Source: an uncultured Muribaculaceae bacterium (lineage in GTDB: Bacteria > Bacillota_I > Bacilli_A > RF39 > UBA660). Taken from it: DNA of 56,603 nt. Where the stretch lies: contig CAZFXQ010000001.1 in assembly GCA_964523265.1 (NCBI GenBank), positions 1 to 56,603 of the forward strand. Reading direction: 5' to 3'. The notes under the pieces were generated by a model that did no database searches, had not been told where the DNA came from, and was given only the letters and a program-made list of their open reading frames with translations. Of the stretch, positions 8,743 through 17,807 are shown in pieces. The translations under genes were made by a program, and so were the position numbers. The number at the start of each line of letters is the position of its first letter. Positions within the stretch are counted from its first letter, which is position 1.

Positions 8743-9411
8743 ATGGAAGAGAATGTAAATGGTTTTTTACAAAAAACAAGTTGGAAAAAAGAAGCTGAAA
8801 AGTATTTGAAGTTCGCACTTAATAAAATACAGAAAGAATACCGTGATGTAGAAATTAGTACTATATTAAAACAAGATATATTAGAAAGATACTATATCTA
8901 TAGTGTAATGTTTGGGGCAAGTTGTACACATGGATTTTTGGATTCATTTCAAAAGGCAGCATGTCTTATGTTTACACTTGAAAAATGTAATGTTTTATTT
9001 AAAGGTAACAATCAATTGAAATTAGAATTTGTTTTAGAATCCGTTTTAAAAATGATTGAAGAACCAATTTATTATGATGGAGAAAACTACAAAAAATTAA
9101 ATAAATTTAATTTTGAGAAGTTTAAAGAAAACTACCCAGATGAATGGAAAAATATAAGTTGTGAATTAATGATGGCATGTTATTATTCATCTGGTAAATG
9201 GAATGAAAATGAAATTTTACATAAGAGTTTAATATTAAAGTATTTATATAAATATATTAATGCAAAAGCAAATGAAATTAATATTAAAGAAAACTTTGAA
9301 GCTAATTTTGAAATTGAACAAGAATCAGAAAAAGTGGGAATAGTAAAGCAAAAAAAATATAGAAAACCAGAATTTTTTTCATCACCTGGTGTACATGAAG
9401 ATTGGGCTTAA
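8743..9411 (+). CDS. Hypothetical protein (222 aa), soluble, no family recognised
   Basis: Good RBS (AAGGAGGTAGG) and a downstream terminator. No motif recognised. Confidence 0.55.
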   Translation: MEENVNGFLQKTSWKKEAEKYLKFALNKIQKEYRDVEISTILKQDILERYYIYSVMFGASCTHGFLDSFQKAACLMFTLEKCNVLFKGNNQLKLEFVLESVLKMIEEPIYYDGENYKKLNKFNFEKFKENYPDEWKNISCELMMACYYSSGKWNENEILHKSLILKYLYKYINAKANEINIKENFEANFEIEQESEKVGIVKQKKYRKPEFFSSPGVHEDWA

Positions 9412-9414
9412 ATT

Positions 9415-9446
9415 AGAAACTAAAACTATTATTTAGTTTCTTTTTG
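9415..9446 (+). terminator. Rho-independent terminator
   Basis: AGAAACTAAA (9415-9424) pairs with TTTAGTTTCT (9432-9441), followed by TTTTG. Confidence 0.6.
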
Positions 9447-9472
9447 TTATATAATATCTTTGGTGATTTATT

Positions 9473-10459
9473 ATGTTTAAAATTGGTAATGTAAATATTA
9501 AAAACAATGTTGTTTTAGCACCCATGGCAGGTGTTTGTAATAGTGCTTTTAGAAGAATTATAAAAGAAATGGGTTGTGGTCTTTTATATACAGAAATGGT
9601 AAGTGATAAAGCTATATGTTATGAGAATGAAAAAACATATGATATGCTTTATATGACAGAAAAAGAAAGACCAATAGCACAACAGATATTTGGTAGTGAT
9701 AAAGAAAGTTTTGTTAAGGCCGCTAAAATAATTGAGGAAAAAATGAAACCTGATATTATAGATATTAATATGGGGTGTCCAGTTCCAAAAGTTGCATTAA
9801 GATCTCAAGCTGGTTCTGCTCTGCTTAAAGATCCAAAAAAAGTATATGAAATAGTTAAAGCCGTAAAAGAATCAGTTAGTGTACCTGTTACTATTAAAAT
9901 AAGAAGTGGTTGGGATAAAAATAGTGTTAATGCTGTTGAAATTGCTAAAATGGCAGAAAAAGCTGGGTGTGATGCTATAACTGTCCATCCAAGAACGCGT
10001 TCACAAGGCTATTCTGGTTCTGCAGATTGGAATATTATAAAACAAGTTAAAGAAAACGTATCAATACCGGTAATAGGTAACGGAGATATTACTAATATAT
10101 ATTTGGCAAAGAAAATGCTTGATGAAACGGGATGTGATGCTATTATGATAGGAAGAGGTGTGCTAGGTAATCCACATTTGATAAAAGAAGTTATAAATTA
10201 TTTGGAAAATGGTACTATAATAGATAAACAAACATCGATAGAAAAAATGGATACATGTTTAAAACACTTTAATTATTTGCTAGAAGTAAAAAACGAGAAG
10301 ACAGCTATCCTTGAAATGAGAACTCATGCAGCTTGGTATTTAAAAGGATTACCTAATGGAGTTAGTATAAAAAAGCAAATTTATAGTATTAAAACAAAAG
10401 AAGAATTCATAAAATTAATTGAAAATTATAAAAAAATATTAAAAAATAGCGAAAAATAA
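9473..10459 (+). CDS. dus: tRNA-dihydrouridine synthase
   Basis: LAPMAGVCNSAFRRI, DINMGCP and TVHPRTR are Dus-family TIM-barrel motifs. Confidence 0.9.
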   Translation: MFKIGNVNIKNNVVLAPMAGVCNSAFRRIIKEMGCGLLYTEMVSDKAICYENEKTYDMLYMTEKERPIAQQIFGSDKESFVKAAKIIEEKMKPDIIDINMGCPVPKVALRSQAGSALLKDPKKVYEIVKAVKESVSVPVTIKIRSGWDKNSVNAVEIAKMAEKAGCDAITVHPRTRSQGYSGSADWNIIKQVKENVSIPVIGNGDITNIYLAKKMLDETGCDAIMIGRGVLGNPHLIKEVINYLENGTIIDKQTSIEKMDTCLKHFNYLLEVKNEKTAILEMRTHAAWYLKGLPNGVSIKKQIYSIKTKEEFIKLIENYKKILKNSEK

Positions 10460-10476
10460 GGTTTTTTTAAATTATT

Positions 10477-10533
10477 GTGTTATAATTAATATGTAGGATT
10501 ATGTTGTATATGGTGCGTTTATTACATTATCCT
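10477..10533 (+). promoter_or_regulatory. Extended -10 promoter (TGTTATAAT, 10477-10485) followed by a 5'-terminal leader hairpin
   Basis: An 11-bp stem with one mismatch pairs TAGGATTATGT (10493-10503) with ACATTATCCTA (10523-10533), leaving a 19-nt loop. It starts about where the transcript would begin, upstream of the RBS AAGGAGG. Confidence 0.35.
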
Positions 10534-10559
10534 AGTAATTATGTATAAGGAGGATATAA

Positions 10560-12365
10560 ATGAAAAAGTATAATTTATTAAAGGTTATTGCTATTGCTAT
10601 TGTTATGGCATGGATACTATCATTATGTATACCAGGATCTTATTTGGATTATAATGGGGTTACTACAAGTAAGATAGCATCAGCTGGTATTTGGGGATTA
10701 TTTTCAAATTTAAGTATTTCAATATCATACTTTAATGGTATCGCTATATTCTTAATTGCTGTTGCTTGTTTTTATGCAATTTTGAGCAAGGTTAAACCAT
10801 ATCAAAGATTTGTTGATAAGGTTGTAAATGTATTTGATGGTAAACAAAGATTACTAACAATAATAGCAATTCTATTTTTCGGTGTTTTATCTTTATTTGT
10901 AAATGATTTTACTATTTTATTGATATTTGCACCATTTATTTATCAAGTAATGAACAAATTAGAAATTGATAAGAAAATAATGTTGGGAGCAATGCTTGCC
11001 TCTTCATTAGTGGGAGCAATGTGTTCTATATATAACGAAACATTATTTGGTATATTTAAATTAGAAATTGCTAATTTAATATTAGTGAAATTAATATTAT
11101 TTTTAGTGTCTATATGTGTACTTATTTTATTTATCGCACCAAGAAGAACTATTAAGGCACAGAAGAAGGATAAAAGGGTTAAAGAGTCTAAAAAGACTAC
11201 TACTAAAAAAACTGTTAAAGTTGTAAAAGAAGATAGTAAAGATGCCATTTATGTTAATAAGGTATTATATTTAATTCTTACATTCTTATTTGGTGGAATT
11301 GGTGTTCATAAGTTCTATGCAGGTAAAGTAAAAGAGGGAATACTTAGAATTTTATTCTGTTGGACATTTATTCCTACTATTTTATCAATTGCTGAATTTA
11401 TAGAAGCAATCACTGAAAAAGCAAATAAACAAGGAAAAATTAATATTAATAGTAATAGAAGCCAAAATGTAGTATTTGGAACTTCATTAATACTATTCTT
11501 ATTATTAGTTTTAGGATCAGTAATTCCATTTGAATCTTATTTTAGTAAAATTAATGTATTTAGCAGTTTAAATGTAATTTTAGCAGATTTAGGAGTATTT
11601 AATAACTTACTAGGTACTTTTGCCTCTGGTCAAGCATCAAGCGGAGCTATTAATATATATGGAACATGGACATTAACTGATATTTCAATATTATTGTTTA
11701 TATTAACAATTATAATTGCATTAGTGTCAAGTAACTATAGTAAGAAAAATTTTAGATTATTACCTATTATTGTGTTAGCAGTTAGTACTGTTACAACGGC
11801 AGTATTATTAGTGTTAGAAGTTGAAACAATAGCTATGATTTTCGTTGCAATTACTGCTTTGCTATTGATATTAAACTTTGTATTACTAGTTGATGTAAGT
11901 GAATTTATTAAAGATATTAATTTAAGTACTAAAAAAATACTTCCTATTGCATTAACTGCAATGTTATTAAGTTTAGTATTGGTAATATCTGTTACAACAG
12001 GAATTAGCATTACAATGGTAAATTGGTTAATTACTTTAACTAAAACGTTTAATATTGCAACAGGAGTACTTGGTGCTTTAGTTGGTTCTATTTTTACAGC
12101 AGATTTCTATTATTATCTTCAAACGGTAGGATCAACATATAGTTTGGTATTTGCGAATTCTGATTATACAGTTGTTATAGCATTTATTATACAAGCAATA
12201 TATTATGTTGTTATGCTTTTTGCACCTACATCAGTTTGTTTGGTAATTGGATTATATTATTTAGATATTCCATATAATAAGTGGTTTAAATATATTTGGA
12301 AAGTACTGTTAACTATATTTGTATTAGTTGTAATTACTGCAATTATATTATTTGTAATGGCTTAA
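10560..12365 (+). CDS. Large polytopic membrane protein (601 aa) with an internal TM2 domain
   Basis: Many predicted TM helices are present. A central K-rich linker is followed by VLYLILTFLFGGIGVHKFYAGKVKEGILRILFCW...IAEFIEAI, a TM2-domain signature. The flanking halves loosely resemble YfcC/DcuC-like carriers, with low certainty. Confidence 0.75.
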   Translation: MKKYNLLKVIAIAIVMAWILSLCIPGSYLDYNGVTTSKIASAGIWGLFSNLSISISYFNGIAIFLIAVACFYAILSKVKPYQRFVDKVVNVFDGKQRLLTIIAILFFGVLSLFVNDFTILLIFAPFIYQVMNKLEIDKKIMLGAMLASSLVGAMCSIYNETLFGIFKLEIANLILVKLILFLVSICVLILFIAPRRTIKAQKKDKRVKESKKTTTKKTVKVVKEDSKDAIYVNKVLYLILTFLFGGIGVHKFYAGKVKEGILRILFCWTFIPTILSIAEFIEAITEKANKQGKININSNRSQNVVFGTSLILFLLLVLGSVIPFESYFSKINVFSSLNVILADLGVFNNLLGTFASGQASSGAINIYGTWTLTDISILLFILTIIIALVSSNYSKKNFRLLPIIVLAVSTVTTAVLLVLEVETIAMIFVAITALLLILNFVLLVDVSEFIKDINLSTKKILPIALTAMLLSLVLVISVTTGISITMVNWLITLTKTFNIATGVLGALVGSIFTADFYYYLQTVGSTYSLVFANSDYTVVIAFIIQAIYYVVMLFAPTSVCLVIGLYYLDIPYNKWFKYIWKVLLTIFVLVVITAIILFVMA

Positions 12366-12371
12366 TAAGAT

Positions 12372-12407
12372 AAACTTCATTTCTTATATTGGAATGAAGT
12401 TTTTTGT
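12372..12407 (+). terminator. Rho-independent terminator
   Basis: AAACTTCATT (12372-12381) pairs with AATGAAGTTT (12393-12402), followed by TTTTG. Confidence 0.6.
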
Positions 12408-12502
12408 TGCCATTATATAAAATACTAATTAATTTCTTTTTTGTATGGAAATTAAATATTAAGCACATAACAAACATAGAATGTTATAGGAGGAACTACT
12501 AT

Positions 12503-14746
12503 ATGTTTGTTAATTTTAGTGAGGAAGTAAGATACTTACTTAAACAGGCGGAAAAAGAAAAAGATGAATTAAATCATCCGTACGTTGGAAGCGAACATCT
12601 TTTATTATCATTTTTGAAAAACAGCAAGTTAAAAAAAACATTTCAAAAGTATAAATTGACATATGATAAATTTAAAAATAAATTAATAAGTATTGTTGGT
12701 GTTGGTAATAAAAAAAGCAATTTTACGTTATATACACCTTTACTTAAAAAGGTACTGGAAGATGCTGTTATCTTATCTAAAGAAGAACATGAAAAAGTAA
12801 TTGGTGAAAATGTAATTATTTTAGCATTAATTGAAGAAAAAAATGGCATAGCATATACCGTTTTAAAAAAGTTAGATATAAATATTGATGCTTTATATTA
12901 TGATCTTAAAAAAAGTATAAAAATTAAGTATTTTAAACATAAAAAATCAATACTTGATGAAATTGGTGTTGATTTGGTGAGATTAGCAAAAGAAAAAAAA
13001 TTAGATCCTGTTATTGGTAGAGAAAACGAAATACTAAAAGTAGTTCAGATATTACTTAGAAGAAAGAAAAATAATCCTATTTTAATTGGCCCAGCAGGAG
13101 TCGGTAAAACAGCAATAGTAGAAGCTGTAGCAAGTATGATAGCAAAGAAGAAATGTCCTGTTTATTTTAAAAATAAAAGAATTATTTCTCTTAATATTTT
13201 TTCATTAGTATCTGGAACAAAGTATCGTGGTGAATTTGAAGAAAAAATGAAAAATATTATTAGTGAATTAGAAGAAGATGAAAACATAATATTATTCATT
13301 GATGAGATACACACAATAGTTGGAGCAGGTGGTGCAGAGGGAGCAATAGATGCTTCAAACATACTAAAGCCAGCACTTGCAAGAGGAAAAATTAAAGTTA
13401 TTGGTGCAACAACGCTTGATGAGTATAAGAAATTTATCGAGCCAGATGCCGCCCTTTCGAGAAGGTTTCAAAACATTATGATAAGTGAACCATCTTTGGA
13501 TGAAGTTGTTAATATTCTTAATAAAATTAAGCCAGTATATGAAAAATATCATAATATCGTTTTAGATAAAGAATTAATAAAAAAGATTGTGAGTTTAAGT
13601 GATAGGTATTTAACTAATAGGTATGAACCAGATAGATCTATTGATATATTAGATGAAGTTTGTGTAAAAGTTGGTTTTAAAGAAACAAAGAAAGAAAAAG
13701 AAAAGAGAAAGATGCTAAGAAGATTAGAAAATATAAAGAAAGAAAAAATAAATGCAATAAAGATCAAAGATTTTAATACAGCATATAGTTTAAGTGAAGA
13801 GGAGAAAAAGATAAGAAAAAAAATTAATTCGATAAACATAGAAAATAAAAAAGTAAATGAAGAAGATATTATGCAAGTAATAAGAAGTAAAGGTAATATA
13901 AATATATATAATAAATCTAGTAATTTAGATCCTTATGATGATATAAGAAAAAAATTAAGTAGCAAGTTGATCAATAAGGGTGATATGATTGAACAGTTAA
14001 TTTTATCTTTGAAAAAGAAGGATATATTAAACAATAAGGAGTGTTATTCGATTTTAATATCAGGTGAATCTGGTAGTGGAAAAAGTTATTTGGCAAATGA
14101 AATACTATCCTGTTTTACTAGAGAAAAACAAATTATTAAAATTGATTTATCTGAATATAAAGATTATCACACATTAAGTAAATTAATAGGTACAACAGCA
14201 GGTTACTTAGGTTATGATAGTAAAAATAATGTTTTTGAAAAAGTAAGAACAAATCCATCATCATACATAATTGTTGATAATTTTGATGAAGGTTGTTATG
14301 ATGCACAAAATTTATTTATAAAAATAATAGAAAACAATAAAATAGAGGATGCAAAAGGTGCAGTAATTGACTTTTCGAATTCAACAATTGTTTTCGTTGT
14401 TAAGGATAATGAAAGTAGTAAATCCTTGGGATTTAATTCATTATCAAAGGCAAGTGATAAGGAATTAAATAAAATATACTCACTCGTAAATTTAAAAATT
14501 AAAATAGATAAACCAAATGAAGAAGAAATAAAAACACTCATTAAAAAAAGAATAAATAGTATGGTAGATAAGTATAATATTAATATAAAGTATGATGATG
14601 ATTATGTTGATTACATATATAATAAGACTTCTAATGATTTGTTTTTGTTAAATAATTTTTTAAAAAATAATGTTGAAAACATAATAGTTAATGGCATAAT
14701 TAATAATAAAAATAAAGTAGTATTAAAAAAAACAAGTAAAGTGTAG
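12503..14746 (+). CDS. clpC: ClpC-like AAA+ chaperone ATPase (Clp/Hsp100 class) with a divergent second ATPase domain
   Basis: - Clp_N repeats (YVGSEHLLLSFL).
- D1 Walker A GPAGVGKTA and Walker B ILFIDEIHT.
- UVR-like linker IKDFNTAYSLSEEEKKIRKKI.
- D2 Walker A GESGSGKS.
- The start at 12503 follows TAGGAGGA, so the ORF-track start at 12404 was rejected. Confidence 0.85.
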   Translation: MFVNFSEEVRYLLKQAEKEKDELNHPYVGSEHLLLSFLKNSKLKKTFQKYKLTYDKFKNKLISIVGVGNKKSNFTLYTPLLKKVLEDAVILSKEEHEKVIGENVIILALIEEKNGIAYTVLKKLDINIDALYYDLKKSIKIKYFKHKKSILDEIGVDLVRLAKEKKLDPVIGRENEILKVVQILLRRKKNNPILIGPAGVGKTAIVEAVASMIAKKKCPVYFKNKRIISLNIFSLVSGTKYRGEFEEKMKNIISELEEDENIILFIDEIHTIVGAGGAEGAIDASNILKPALARGKIKVIGATTLDEYKKFIEPDAALSRRFQNIMISEPSLDEVVNILNKIKPVYEKYHNIVLDKELIKKIVSLSDRYLTNRYEPDRSIDILDEVCVKVGFKETKKEKEKRKMLRRLENIKKEKINAIKIKDFNTAYSLSEEEKKIRKKINSINIENKKVNEEDIMQVIRSKGNINIYNKSSNLDPYDDIRKKLSSKLINKGDMIEQLILSLKKKDILNNKECYSILISGESGSGKSYLANEILSCFTREKQIIKIDLSEYKDYHTLSKLIGTTAGYLGYDSKNNVFEKVRTNPSSYIIVDNFDEGCYDAQNLFIKIIENNKIEDAKGAVIDFSNSTIVFVVKDNESSKSLGFNSLSKASDKELNKIYSLVNLKIKIDKPNEEEIKTLIKKRINSMVDKYNINIKYDDDYVDYIYNKTSNDLFLLNNFLKNNVENIIVNGIINNKNKVVLKKTSKV

Positions 14747-14958
14747 ATTACTTGTTTTATTTATTTGATTTAGATGATATAATATAATAGAATTTACCAA
14801 AGCAGAGAGTATATTGTGGTAGTTAGTAAAAATAAATAGAAAAAATTAATTAAAACACATGTGATTTAAAAAAATATGTAAAGATAGCTACTTTAAAATA
14901 CTTTATGAATGGAGATTTTAAAAGTTAAAGGAAGAGAACAACGAAATAAGGTGAAATA

Positions 14959-16350
14959 ATGAAAATATATAATACATTATCAAGAAAAGTTGAAGAGTTT
15001 ATTCCGCATGATGGAAATAATGTTTCATTTTATACATGTGGACCTACTGTTTATCATGATCAACATATTGGAAATATGCGTAATTACATAGGTCATGATA
15101 TACTTGATAAGACTCTTAGATATTTAGGATATAATGTTACAAGAGTTATGAATATAACAGATGTTGGCCATTTAACCAGTGATTCAGACTCTGGCGATGA
15201 TAAGATGGTTAAAAGTGCAAAGGAAAAAAACAAAACTGTTATGGAAATAGCTAAATACTATACTGATGAGTTTTTTAAAGATTTTGAATCTTTAAATAAT
15301 AGAAAGCCTGACATTGTATCACCTGCAACGAATCACATTAAAGACTATATAAAAATAATTGGTTCATTACTTGAAAAAGGTTATGCATATAAAAGCGGAG
15401 GGAATGTTTACTTTGATGTTAGTAAGTTAGATGATTATTATAAATTAACTAATCATAAGGAAGATGATATGGTTGTAGGGGCTCGTGAGGGTGTTTCTTA
15501 TGATGATAGTAAACGTAATCAAGCAGACTTTGCTTTGTGGTTTACCAAATCTAAGTTTGATGCTCAAGATTTAAAGTGGGAGTCTCCATTTGGTTTGGGA
15601 TATCCAGGATGGCATATAGAGTGTTCTGGAATTAGTATCCATTATTTGGGTGAATATTTAGATATACATGGTGGTGGAGTAGATAATATTTTTCCACATC
15701 ATACAAATGAAATAGCACAATCAGAAAGTTATTTGGGTCATAAATGGTGTAATTATTGGTTTCATAATGAGCATTTAATGGATGAAACAGGAAAGATGAG
15801 TAAAAGTAAAGGTGCAACTTTAACTATTTCATTATTAAAAGAAAAAGGCTATAATCCGCTAGCATTTAGGTATATGTGTTTAACTAGTCATTATCGCAAA
15901 CAAATAGTATTTTCTTTTGAAAATTTAGATGGTGCGGCGAACGCATATAATAAACTGATTAATAAAGTTAAAGCATTAAGGGAAAATGGGAATTTAGATA
16001 GTAAATTATACAATACATATGATAGCAAATTTAAAGATGAATTGAGTAATGATTTAAACACATCAAATGTTATAACATTAGTATATGACTTGCTAAAAGA
16101 TGATACTATAAATAGTACTACAAAAATTGAATTACTAAAGAATTGGGATAAAGTCTTATCACTTGACTTATTTAAAGAAGAAAAAATAGATAATGATTTA
16201 AAAAAATATGTTGAAGAAATGATTCTTAAAAGAAAACTTGCTAAAGAAAATAAGAATTATGAGGAAGCAGATAAAATAAGACAAGAATTATTAGATAATG
16301 GCATAGAAATAAAAGATACACGTGAAGGTGTTGTTTGGAATAAAATATAA
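14959..16350 (+). CDS. cysS: Cysteine--tRNA ligase
   Basis: Class I signatures are present: HIGN (YTCGPTVYHDQHIGNMRNY) and KMSKS (GKMSKSKG). Confidence 0.95.
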   Translation: MKIYNTLSRKVEEFIPHDGNNVSFYTCGPTVYHDQHIGNMRNYIGHDILDKTLRYLGYNVTRVMNITDVGHLTSDSDSGDDKMVKSAKEKNKTVMEIAKYYTDEFFKDFESLNNRKPDIVSPATNHIKDYIKIIGSLLEKGYAYKSGGNVYFDVSKLDDYYKLTNHKEDDMVVGAREGVSYDDSKRNQADFALWFTKSKFDAQDLKWESPFGLGYPGWHIECSGISIHYLGEYLDIHGGGVDNIFPHHTNEIAQSESYLGHKWCNYWFHNEHLMDETGKMSKSKGATLTISLLKEKGYNPLAFRYMCLTSHYRKQIVFSFENLDGAANAYNKLINKVKALRENGNLDSKLYNTYDSKFKDELSNDLNTSNVITLVYDLLKDDTINSTTKIELLKNWDKVLSLDLFKEEKIDNDLKKYVEEMILKRKLAKENKNYEEADKIRQELLDNGIEIKDTREGVVWNKI

Positions 16351-16396
16351 TGTGAATAAAAACAATTTAGTAAAACATAATATTAAAGGTGATTAT

Positions 16397-16909
16397 ATGT
16401 TTTATTTAAATTGTTTTTTTATATATTCTATATTAGGATATTTTTTAGAAACTTTAGTGGCAGTAGTTACGAAAACAAATTTTAGGAGTGGTATACTTTC
16501 ATTTTGGTGGACACCAGTATATGGAATAGGTGCAGTTACCATATTATTTATTTCAAAATATCTATTTAAAAATTTGCACATGAATAGATTTTTAGAAACA
16601 ATTATTATGTTTTTTGTTGTTGGTGTGGTATTATCTTTCATTGAAGCCCTTGGCGGCGTATTGATTGAGAAAATATTTGGTGAAGTATTTTGGAACTATG
16701 ATAATCACAAATATCATATTGGTCATTATATATCTCTTGAGATGTCCTTGATATGGGGTGCTTCAAGTGTTGTTTTTGTATATATTATAAACCCTTTACT
16801 AAAGGGGTTAATAAAAAAAATACCTAGTTTTATAACTATAATTTTAGTTGGTTTGTTCTTTTATGATTTGACTAAAACAACATTATATAAAATAGCTAAT
16901 AAAAAATAA
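16397..16909 (+). CDS. Small polytopic membrane protein (CmpB-like putative ABC-transporter type IV family)
   Basis: FFIYSILGYFLETL...WTPVYGIGAV...LIEKIFGEVFWNYD resembles that family. The start at 16397 follows AAAGGTGA. The ORF-track start at 16322 overlaps the end of cysS and was rejected. Confidence 0.55.
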   Translation: MFYLNCFFIYSILGYFLETLVAVVTKTNFRSGILSFWWTPVYGIGAVTILFISKYLFKNLHMNRFLETIIMFFVVGVVLSFIEALGGVLIEKIFGEVFWNYDNHKYHIGHYISLEMSLIWGASSVVFVYIINPLLKGLIKKIPSFITIILVGLFFYDLTKTTLYKIANKK

Positions 16910-17063
16910 TATATAAAAAAACGATATGATTAACATTGCTTTCTTTTTACGGTTTTTGTGCAATTGTTTTACAATACAATTAGATTAAGGTTAAAAGTTA
17001 AAAAAAGAGAAAAACTTACATAAAAAGAGAAAAATAATTTTCTCTTTTTAATATACTCCTTTT

Positions 17064-17675
17064 TTATGTTGTCTCCTGATTGTGCTTCACATCAAATAAT
17101 TCCTTTTTTAATATTTTATCAACTAACCCATATTCCACTGCCTCATTTGCACTTAAATAATAATCTCGTTCTGTATCTTTTTTAATTTTTTTAATATTTT
17201 TACCGGTTTTTTCAGATAAAATTCTATTTAATTTATCTTTTAAGTATAAAATTCTATCTGCAACGATTTTTATTTCTGTAGCTTGACCACTTGCACCACC
17301 TAGTGGTTGATGTATCATAACTTCACTATTAGGTAAGATATATCTTTTTCCTTTTGTACCACTTGCAAGAAGAATAGATGCCATAGAAGCAGCCATACCA
17401 ACACAGATTGTTGCTACATCACTTTTTATAAAATTCATTGTATCATAAATAGCCATCCCAGCAGTGATACTTCCACCTGGTGAATTTATATAAAGTGATA
17501 TATCATCATTTGATATAGAATCTAAATATAGAAGCTGACTAATTATTGCATTAGAAGTATCATCTGTTATTTCGTTAGTAATGAAAATAATACGGTTTTT
17601 TAATAGTTTTGAATATATATCATATGTCTTTTCTCCATATTTTGTTTTTTCTATTATACTTGGTATTAAATACAT
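17064..17675 (-). CDS. clpP: ATP-dependent Clp protease proteolytic subunit
   Basis: [29 protein letters not shown]... is ClpP-like. The catalytic Ser context GMAASMAS and His context MIHQPLGG are present. The ATG at 17675 lies 5 nt after AGGTGA. Confidence 0.93.
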   Translation of the reverse strand: MYLIPSIIEKTKYGEKTYDIYSKLLKNRIIFITNEITDDTSNAIISQLLYLDSISNDDISLYINSPGGSITAGMAIYDTMNFIKSDVATICVGMAASMASILLASGTKGKRYILPNSEVMIHQPLGGASGQATEIKIVADRILYLKDKLNRILSEKTGKNIKKIKKDTERDYYLSANEAVEYGLVDKILKKELFDVKHNQETT

Positions 17676-17807
17676 TTCTATCACCTAGTAATATTATGTT
17701 TCATAAAAATATTAAATATTACTTAAAATATGTGACTTTTTTCATCATTTTTGATAAAATAGAATATAGTTAATAGAAAATAAAAAAGAATATGGGGAAG
17801 TGATAAT

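Noticed and set aside
14760-14958. A possible T-box riboswitch upstream of cysS.
   Set aside because: AGAGA-like and GTGGTA-like fragments occur only near the 5' end. The conserved T-box 14-mer and a terminator/antiterminator pair near the 3' end are not visible. It is reported instead as an unexplained long leader.
17001-17048. A direct repeat AAAAAGAGAAAAA (two copies) and a weak hairpin AGAGAAAA/TTTTCTCT between the convergent membrane-protein gene and clpP.
   Set aside because: The hairpin may act as a weak bidirectional terminator. The stem is almost all A-T, and the repeat is low-complexity, so it is not convincing as a discrete feature.
17676-17807. A CtsR operator (tandem GGTCAAA heptads) upstream of clpP. 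The interval 12366-12502 upstream of clpC was also checked.
   Set aside because: No GGTCAAA-type direct repeat is visible on either strand in these intervals.
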